Source of the DNA: Armatimonadota bacterium
GTDB lineage: Bacteria > Armatimonadota > UBA5829 > DTLH01
Assembly (NCBI GenBank): GCA_039680575.1
Contig: JBDKSP010000088.1
Location: 12,417-76,416 of the forward strand
Direction: 5' to 3'
DNA: 64,000 nt
Under the pieces are notes generated by a model, which did not search any database, was not told where the DNA came from, and saw only the letters and a program-made list of their open reading frames with translations. Of this stretch, positions 57,426-64,000 are shown in pieces. A program made the position numbers and the translations under genes. How positions within the stretch are numbered: position 1 is the first letter of the stretch; every line of letters starts with the position of its first letter.

Positions 57426-60068
57426 TTACGCTGTAATCACAAGTGATACCTCTTCCGTGAGCGTAACAGGTTTGCTGAACTCCACCTGGATGCCTTTACC
57501 GCACCGATTGAACTTGCACTCCGCCGATTCTCCGCCGATCAGCACTTCGGCATCTTCGAACCCGGATAATTTCGGCAGGGACAGCTCCCGTATGGTCATT
57601 TCACCGGATGAGATCTCTATCGTGACGGTTCTGCCCGTAATATCGTTCTCCTGCCAGTAAGTCCCCCAGGCGTTTGATGTAAAGAAGGGATACTCGCAGG
57701 CAGGCTGGTCTATCGCCGGGGTAAATGACAGGAATCCGGCCGGTTGGTCCCATCTGAACCCTGAAAAAGCGATCATAAGCGTCCAGGATGACATCGCCCT
57801 GTAGTAATGGCCGCCGCACTCTATATGGTCCCAATACCTTCCCGCGCGGATATAGCGGTCGTGGATGTCCTTCACGATAGCAAGCCCATCAGCGACCATT
57901 CCGTAACTGATAAGAAGGCTGGCAACGGTGTATTCGATCCCGGTCCACGGCGCTTCAGCCTGGAAATTATCTGATGTAGCCAGGTTGCGCTTCTTATCGG
58001 GCGGGTAGGATGCGTTGATGAGTCCTTCACCTTCCCGGAAATTCTGGCGGACGATACTGCCGAGAGCGGTTTTGATCCTTTCCGGATCGAGAATATGCTC
58101 CCATCCACTGGTTGAGTTGAACCAGTCGCCGCTCATCTGGTCGCTCATGCAGCACTCATCCAACTCGTCACCATCCCTGAAAAGGACGTAATACTCTCCG
58201 TTCCACAGCTTGTCTTCGAAGCTCTTTACCCCTTTGTCGTATGTAGCCTGCCATGATTTTGCGCGTTCCATGTCCCCGACTTCAACGGCGAGCCTTGATG
58301 CAGCCCGGAGCGCAGCCAACCAGAGCCCCGAGACATATGACGGGCAGCCCTTTATGTGCCAGGCATCGTAGGTGCTGCGGCGGGTATCGGAATCAGGAAG
58401 CCCGTCGCCATCGGTATCGATCTTACTGGTGCTCTCCATCGCCTTGATGATGTGAGGCCAGAGCTTATCGAGGTAAGCTCTATCGCCTGTCCAGAGGTAG
58501 TCTCTTGCTGTGAGCATAACGAACTGCTGGTTCATATCCACTCTATCGTACTGGTTGTCTGCGGAATAGAGGTCCGGGGCAAGCATATGGTGTACCCGGC
58601 CATCCTCGCGCTGGAAATTGGCTCCGTGTATCATCTGGGTCTTCTGCAGTTCCGGGAAGAGTGATATGATTGGGAATGATCCCTGGTATGTGATGTCCGT
58701 GGTGTGGAATCCGCAGCATCCGAGCCCTTCCCAAACTCCGAAAAGCCCGTCCCTTGTCCACCAGGTGCACTTCGTCATAATGGAGAGCTGGGCTGTTATC
58801 GCATCGGCTGCTTCGGTTGGTATGCTGGAATTATGTATTGATTCAGGCAGCATCATGGTTCGAGTGTATATGTCCGAATAGTTATCGAGCATGAATTTGC
58901 ATACGCTGAGCGAGTTCTCGAACCAGTTCTCGTAGGCATGGCCTATATTTGCTTCTGTAGGGCTGATATGGTTCGGGAAATACCATGCTGTAGTAAAAAG
59001 GACGGATGATTCCGCTTCGGGCGCAAGCTCGGCTCGGCTCGAGAGCGCGGCAAGCCCCCATTCGGCATGGTTTCCATTTATGTGGGCAAGGCTGTCTGCG
59101 ATTTTACCCAGAACCTCCGCCGAGCCTGCTGCGTCCGGATCGGCTGCCGCTATTCGGTGGTAGATATCGTAAATGAGAGGATGCTGCATGAGCTGATCGA
59201 GAAGCGCCTTGCGCTCATCATCCGAAAGGTCCGCTGTATTGAAGTCGCTTGGCAGTTCCGGCCGCACTTCCGCATTCAGGTTCGGCAGTGAACCGTTCTC
59301 GCGGAATTGGTGCAGAAATGAGTATATCCTGATCCCGTATTCCTGCATCCAGAGGTGAAACCCTTTGCGGTCGTCTTCATACGCACCGGTGATATACGTT
59401 ACATCGCCGCCCAACGCGGCGAATGTCATATCGCCGGTGGAGCATTGATCGGTTTTCAGTCCGTCAACGCCTAGAACGATGGCTTTGGCATCTCCTATGG
59501 ATTCCAGACGGTTCTTTGGTTTGCGGGAGTCCTGGTCGTATCCCACGGGGTTTCGTGTAATACCGAGGATCGAGACTTCCACTGGCTCAGGAGAATAATT
59601 CTTTATGTTGAAATGGACGTAGAAACCTGGGGTTCCCGATATCCGGCTCTCCAACGGGATGAACGGAGAGAATATCTCCGCTTCTATCGAAACAGGAAGC
59701 TCTGGATCGTTATAAGTTAAAGTCGCTGTCGGAAACGTCCCGTCGAAGCTGATAGACTGCACGGACCGTATCCACGAAAAAGAGTACAGATTGTGAATCT
59801 GCTCAGACAGTCCAAGATAGCGCAGGATAGTCCTGCCGTCAGATGTTTTGACCCTGGCTATGAAGATCAGGTCACCGGGGTCCATCGATCTTTTTTCAAT
59901 AACTATAGGAGTTTGCGAGTCGTTCTTGTATTTTGGGTTCCATGTCCCGTTGTTGAATATCTGCCACTCATGAAAAAGCCCGTCCGGACGGATTTCAACC
60001 GATCCTGTCCCGATTCCACCGAGTGGAATACCTGATTTATGTTGAATCTGCTGATTGATAGTAACCAA
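57426..60068 (-). CDS. GH116-family glycoside hydrolase
   Basis: GIPLGGIGTG, WQIFN, WEG (putative nucleophile), DTDGDGLP..TYD.W, WTGIEY, ECG.HYYRAM; GGAGG RBS before TTG 60068. Confidence 0.85.
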   Translation of the reverse strand: MVTINQQIQHKSGIPLGGIGTGSVEIRPDGLFHEWQIFNNGTWNPKYKNDSQTPIVIEKRSMDPGDLIFIARVKTSDGRTILRYLGLSEQIHNLYSFSWIRSVQSISFDGTFPTATLTYNDPELPVSIEAEIFSPFIPLESRISGTPGFYVHFNIKNYSPEPVEVSILGITRNPVGYDQDSRKPKNRLESIGDAKAIVLGVDGLKTDQCSTGDMTFAALGGDVTYITGAYEDDRKGFHLWMQEYGIRIYSFLHQFRENGSLPNLNAEVRPELPSDFNTADLSDDERKALLDQLMQHPLIYDIYHRIAAADPDAAGSAEVLGKIADSLAHINGNHAEWGLAALSSRAELAPEAESSVLFTTAWYFPNHISPTEANIGHAYENWFENSLSVCKFMLDNYSDIYTRTMMLPESIHNSSIPTEAADAITAQLSIMTKCTWWTRDGLFGVWEGLGCCGFHTTDITYQGSFPIISLFPELQKTQMIHGANFQREDGRVHHMLAPDLYSADNQYDRVDMNQQFVMLTARDYLWTGDRAYLDKLWPHIIKAMESTSKIDTDGDGLPDSDTRRSTYDAWHIKGCPSYVSGLWLAALRAASRLAVEVGDMERAKSWQATYDKGVKSFEDKLWNGEYYVLFRDGDELDECCMSDQMSGDWFNSTSGWEHILDPERIKTALGSIVRQNFREGEGLINASYPPDKKRNLATSDNFQAEAPWTGIEYTVASLLISYGMVADGLAIVKDIHDRYIRAGRYWDHIECGGHYYRAMSSWTLMIAFSGFRWDQPAGFLSFTPAIDQPACEYPFFTSNAWGTYWQENDITGRTVTIEISSGEMTIRELSLPKLSGFEDAEVLIGGESAECKFNRCGKGIQVEFSKPVTLTEEVSLVITA

Positions 60069-60223
60069 GATATATTCCCTCCAACTAACGGTTCTATCCG
60101 GGTCAGGGCTATTCCTTCTGGTTGGATAACAGTAAATATGAAAAATATAAGGAACTAGCTGAAGCGGGTAATTACGTATCAGAAATAGAGGTAATCCATA
60201 TCTGCTAATTTTAGGGGTAAAGG

Positions 60224-61042
60224 ATGTTTCCACTACACATTGCACGGCTCCTGTTTCTGATGATGGTTTTGGTGTCTAGCCAGGTTTTGGCTGATGATCC
60301 AACGTCCGCTTTGACTGCGCCTGTTGAAGAACAGGCAGTAACGCAGCCGGAAGCAGCCCAGCCTTCGTTCGACAGCTCGTTATCACCGGATATGATTACG
60401 GAGCAGAAAGATCTGTCTTTACTGCTTCAGACTGTACCAGCAAGTAAGCCCAAGAAGTCTAGACTGGACCCGGAATATAATACAGCCATAAAGGGTACGA
60501 AACAGGCAGGGCTCATCTACCTGACCGATAAAGCCACAAATGAGTTCACCAGGTCAGCCTTAAGAGGCGTTAGCGCATGCAGGCTTTCGGATACACTCAA
60601 TATACTTGGGAGTAAAAGTGTGATTGGTATACTTGGTCTCGGCTATGTAATCGGCGGACCCCATGCAAAACAAACATACGGTACTGCACTTCAGGCCGCC
60701 GGTGATGCGATGCTTGCTACAGAAAGTCTCAAATTTCTGACCGGAAGGATGAGACCGCGCGAGTCCGGCGGCGATCCGTATGAGTTTGAGGGGCCGGGAT
60801 CGGGCTTCGCATCCTTCCCATCTGGGCATACGAGCAATGCGTTTGCAATCGCTACAGTGCTCGCGCATAAGCACCCCAGGAAAAAATGGTTGTATTATGC
60901 GTTAGCTGCCGGGGTGGGGTATGCCAGGATGCAGAAACAGGCGCATTATGGCTCGGATGTCTTCGCAGGTGCGGTCATAGGCACTTATGCCGGTAAAAAG
61001 GCCGTAAAAGGCGAGTCTTTGTTCGGTAAGTTGTTGCATTGA
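60224..61042 (+). CDS. PAP2-family phosphatase with signal peptide
   Basis: K..TGRMRP, SFPSGH, AR....HYGSDV. Confidence 0.85.
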   Translation: MFPLHIARLLFLMMVLVSSQVLADDPTSALTAPVEEQAVTQPEAAQPSFDSSLSPDMITEQKDLSLLLQTVPASKPKKSRLDPEYNTAIKGTKQAGLIYLTDKATNEFTRSALRGVSACRLSDTLNILGSKSVIGILGLGYVIGGPHAKQTYGTALQAAGDAMLATESLKFLTGRMRPRESGGDPYEFEGPGSGFASFPSGHTSNAFAIATVLAHKHPRKKWLYYALAAGVGYARMQKQAHYGSDVFAGAVIGTYAGKKAVKGESLFGKLLH

Positions 61043-61051
61043 GATAAAAAA

Positions 61052-61083
61052 AGCTATCAGCTTTCAGCCGTCAGCTATCAGCT
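61052..61083 (+). repeat. Heptamer tandem repeat (GCTATCA-type)
   Basis: AGCTATC AGCTTTC AGCCGTC AGCTATC AGCT; related arrays near 57159 and (inverted) 36367. Confidence 0.7.
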
Positions 61084-61109
61084 CTAAAATGTGAGATGCT
61101 GCGTTATTT

Positions 61110-61153
61110 TGAAAATAGCAGAGGGCAGGTTTTGGCGGCCTGCCCTCTGTTTT
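61110..61153. terminator. Bidirectional terminator between convergent genes
   Basis: GCAGAGGGCAGG-loop-CCTGCCCTCTGT-TTT with upstream A-run. Confidence 0.7.
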
Positions 61154-61172
61154 GATCTATTATTTGAGATGC

Positions 61173-63275
61173 TTACTCGGCAGTATTCGGCAGCTTACGG
61201 ATTTTCATGTTATAGAACCATACTATTGTGCCGGGTTCTTTGCAGCAAGAACCAAGACTTACGCGGTATTTCTCATCGGGTGTAACCCCAATAGGGAATG
61301 CAACTGGATAGCCCATCTTCTTGCCATTCAGGTAAACTGTTTCTCTGCCGTCATGGACTTGGACAAGCATAGTGTTGCGGTCCTTGCAGATTGCATCAGG
61401 ATAATCATCCAGGTTTCCAAAGGGAAAACTTATCATTGATACCAATTTAGTATCCTTATACATAGCCGCTATCAGGTTTCCGTTATTGCGCGGCTTATAA
61501 GGATGGATCATAACTCCCGCATTTGCATCGCCGTTTGATCTTAATATCTCGAAGTCAGCGCTGAACTCGAAGTTATCGTAAAGCTCATACCAGCATTGTA
61601 AAAACAGCCTTTGATTCCCGCTTGATCCCATTACGGATCCATCTTTCAGAGCAGTCCACTTGCCGCCTCCATTCAGCCAGCCGTGCAGGTCTTTGGGAAT
61701 TTTTATGTCGACCCATCCGCCTTTTGATAATTTTGACTGCAGTGTAAGTTCTTCAATCCTCGGTTGAATATACTCAGATGCGTATTTATCATCCTTGGTT
61801 CTCGTTGCGATTGTCTGGTAGATAGCCAGCGCCTGCGATGGTTTCCCTTTGTCTGCAAGTCGGTTCGCATTGAGCAGTTTAGGGCCGTTTGTTCCGCCGA
61901 GAGCGTATATTTCGCCTCGAGCTTTATCGAAACTTATCTTGAAGTTCTGATTGAATGCAACTTTATCCAGTTTGTCTCCAAGCTCATCGACCAACTTCTT
62001 CGATTCGGCGTATCTTTCGCTGAAAAAGGCCGTGGCGGCTTTTTTGCTTTTGAACCATTCCTTCTGATTTGTAGATTTGATGTAACCATCAAACATTGAG
62101 TTAAGATATTGTATGTTTTTCGGGTCTTTCCAGTATGTTTTGTCGCCGTAGAGGTCTTCGGTAATATATCTGAGTTGATTGAAGAACTGCCATGGGACAT
62201 CCGTATCGTATCTTGCTGTTTTCAGGCACTGCAGGCCGAACGCATATAGCTCCTCGATACTTCCTCCCCATCGCGGTCGGATTGATATGCTAAGTTTGTC
62301 GTAGGCAGGGATATAATCGAACTGTGCGGCAACAGCGCGGTCGAACCAGACTCGTGGTGACTCCGTAGGGTCTTCTTCAGCCATTACGATAGTGATCATC
62401 TCTGCAGGAGCCTCAGGATACTCCGGGTGCAGATTGTACGCTTCCACGAGCAGTTTGCGAGCTGTTTTCAGGTGCGTAAAAAGGCCTTCCCAGCCTTCTT
62501 CGGTAACAGAATAAGCCCAACCTGTGCCCCGGTATCCCCATCCGATATTGATGTGGCAGCGTGCAGCAAGGACTTTATAGACATAGGGTAAAGTGGGCGG
62601 TTTTGCATCCAGCGCTTTCAGATAATTGCTCCAATTCGGCTTATTGTCTATGAATAACGGGATGCCTTCAATCGCAAATCTCTCTTCGCCCTTGATATAG
62701 CTGCCATCGCTCAGAGAATCGATCGTAAACCGAAACCCAAGATTATAGAGACTGTTCATCTCTTCCTGGGATAGGATTTTATTGCCCTGCTTCGCCTGAA
62801 TCAGGTTGAGCGGCAATTTAGCCATGCGTACTTTGTGGTATTTGCTTTTCTGTAGTTCATCAAGACTGCGTTCAATAACAGGAATGGCTTCAGCGAACTT
62901 GTTGTTCAGCAACAATGCAACGCCGTAGCAGGATTGTACCATAGGGTCGGCGCAGCCTGCATCGACAGCTTCCTGACCAGCCTTGAGCAATTTGTCAATT
63001 GATGGCGCATCCGGTAATTCAGTGCCGTATTTTGCATATAAATCGAGGAATACCAGTACATTAGCATCCCATTTTGGGTCACGTGTCCCGATTCTTTTGT
63101 ATTCTTCGACGATTGACCTGTATCTGAACTTATAAAACGCCTGATTATAGTCTTTCGCAGTGCAGACTTTTTGTCCCGTGGGTTTAGGTTTCGTATTCTG
63201 CGCGCTCACAGATACGACCGACCAAACCAGAAGCAATATTACTGCAGCAACAACTGATTTTACTCTGACCACCAT
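61173..63275 (-). CDS. Secreted DUF4034-like helical-repeat protein with C-terminal DUF1080/ConA-like domain
   Basis: Signal peptide; GW.YRG.GWA..V...GW, PRWGGS; C-terminal L.GW...G.W..DG..NFEF.ADF..V.LNG..G..VWF.N.KIR.L. Confidence 0.65.
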   Translation of the reverse strand: MVVRVKSVVAAVILLLVWSVVSVSAQNTKPKPTGQKVCTAKDYNQAFYKFRYRSIVEEYKRIGTRDPKWDANVLVFLDLYAKYGTELPDAPSIDKLLKAGQEAVDAGCADPMVQSCYGVALLLNNKFAEAIPVIERSLDELQKSKYHKVRMAKLPLNLIQAKQGNKILSQEEMNSLYNLGFRFTIDSLSDGSYIKGEERFAIEGIPLFIDNKPNWSNYLKALDAKPPTLPYVYKVLAARCHINIGWGYRGTGWAYSVTEEGWEGLFTHLKTARKLLVEAYNLHPEYPEAPAEMITIVMAEEDPTESPRVWFDRAVAAQFDYIPAYDKLSISIRPRWGGSIEELYAFGLQCLKTARYDTDVPWQFFNQLRYITEDLYGDKTYWKDPKNIQYLNSMFDGYIKSTNQKEWFKSKKAATAFFSERYAESKKLVDELGDKLDKVAFNQNFKISFDKARGEIYALGGTNGPKLLNANRLADKGKPSQALAIYQTIATRTKDDKYASEYIQPRIEELTLQSKLSKGGWVDIKIPKDLHGWLNGGGKWTALKDGSVMGSSGNQRLFLQCWYELYDNFEFSADFEILRSNGDANAGVMIHPYKPRNNGNLIAAMYKDTKLVSMISFPFGNLDDYPDAICKDRNTMLVQVHDGRETVYLNGKKMGYPVAFPIGVTPDEKYRVSLGSCCKEPGTIVWFYNMKIRKLPNTAE

Positions 63276-63535
63276 TTATATGTTGCCCCTCTCCCATGTT
63301 TTGTGTGTGAATTGCGAAACTATGTGATCGGTTGTATATCAATGGTAGTATGCGACACTTATTGATAAATCTCCTTCATTTGTCTGCGGAAAGGTGTATT
63401 ATCTGTGTGCAGTTACCAAAATGGCAGGCGGTGGGAGAGGAACCGAAGATAATGGTGAGGATGTTTGTTAGAAAAAAGCCGGTCTCCCTCAAGCATAATA
63501 TCGTATATACCTGTGGAAAACCGGCCTATTTGATC

Positions 63536-63623
63536 TGGCGGAGGCGGAGGGATTCGAACCCCCGGTAGCTTTCACTACGACGGTTTTCAAGACCGCTCCC
63601 TTAAACCACTCGAGCACGCCTCC
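63536..63623 (-). tRNA. tRNA-Ser (TGA)
   Basis: GGAGGCG acceptor, anticodon arm GCGGT-CTTGAAA-ACCGT, long variable arm, GTTCGAATC, encoded CCA. Confidence 0.96.
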
Positions 63624-63876
63624 GTGAGCGTGTTTCCTTTTGCAGCTGAATCCTAGCATCAAACGGTTTGTTGATACCGAAAATGATGCTGAAATGGTTG
63701 ATACCAACCAGGATTGGCTGGTAAATACTACCATATAACAGTGATATTTTCAACGTATTTTAACTTGGTGGTTTACTGGCTGGATATGTGATAGGGGAAT
63801 GAATCGCGGAAGAGAGTTCTGGCGATTCATTCCCAGCTTGAAGCGTGAGGTTCATAAACATTATCGCAATGGCCTC

Positions 63877-64000
63877 CTATAGATTTTCGGCTGATTAATT
63901 AACGGCCAATCATATGTTGGCTGTTGCCGAAAATCCTCCGGAAGAGTTTCAGGTGTAAGTGTAAAATCAACAGATAAAGCTATATCAGAGAACTGTTTAT
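63877..64000 (+). repeat. 124-bp repeat, copy 2 (runs to window end)
   Basis: Reverse complement of 26315-26438, 123/124 identical. Confidence 0.92.

Noticed and set aside
60069..60245. N-terminal extensions given by the ORF track (also 2718-2900, 12948-13046, 20246-20362, 45113-45172)
   Set aside because: Downstream starts have RBSs, translational coupling or signal peptides; the extensions overlap other genes or intergenic DNA.
28080..61042. Two PAP2 genes as a recent duplication tied to the 124-bp repeat
   Set aside because: They share only family motifs, differ in length and have the same orientation.
63536..63623. Selenocysteine or suppressor tRNA
   Set aside because: Anticodon reads TGA 5'-3' (decodes UCA, Ser) with a normal 7-bp acceptor stem; tRNA-Sec would have TCA.

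Overview
Bacterial chromosomal window from a diderm lineage. My best inference is Armatimonadota, from a 4-domain S1 together with outer-membrane proteins and a C-terminal domain I associate with that phylum. In order: (1) 3' half of a dcw cluster (murE-murF-mraY-murD-ftsW-murG-murC) that stops after murC; (2) a sugar-phosphate block (tal, rpe, tkt, rpiB, a frameshifted gnd remnant, GH130, phosphoketolase, HAD, phosphomannomutase); (3) a five-gene TolC/HlyD/ABC exporter; (4) a secreted protein, PAP2, argC-argJ, tRNA-Leu(CAA), polA, rpsA, coaE; (5) a ~20 kb cell-surface locus (37.5-57.2 kb) with two CsgG/FlgT-like proteins, a subtilase, a ~895 aa protein, a ~3000 aa repeat protein and an Ig+LptD-like beta-barrel; (6) GH116, a second PAP2, a DUF4034-like protein and tRNA-Ser(TGA). 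The surface locus is the best candidate for an undescribed system. Its proteins share two C-terminal signatures: a FlgD/T9SS-CTD-like cassette, and a terminal D-x-P-P-x-x-P motif. Non-coding DNA holds a 124-bp near-identical inverted repeat (26.3 kb vs window end), ~60-bp elements with 10-bp terminal inverted repeats, and heptamer tandem repeats. I saw no CRISPR array, integrase or transposase. All family calls are by-eye motif recognition, not database searches.
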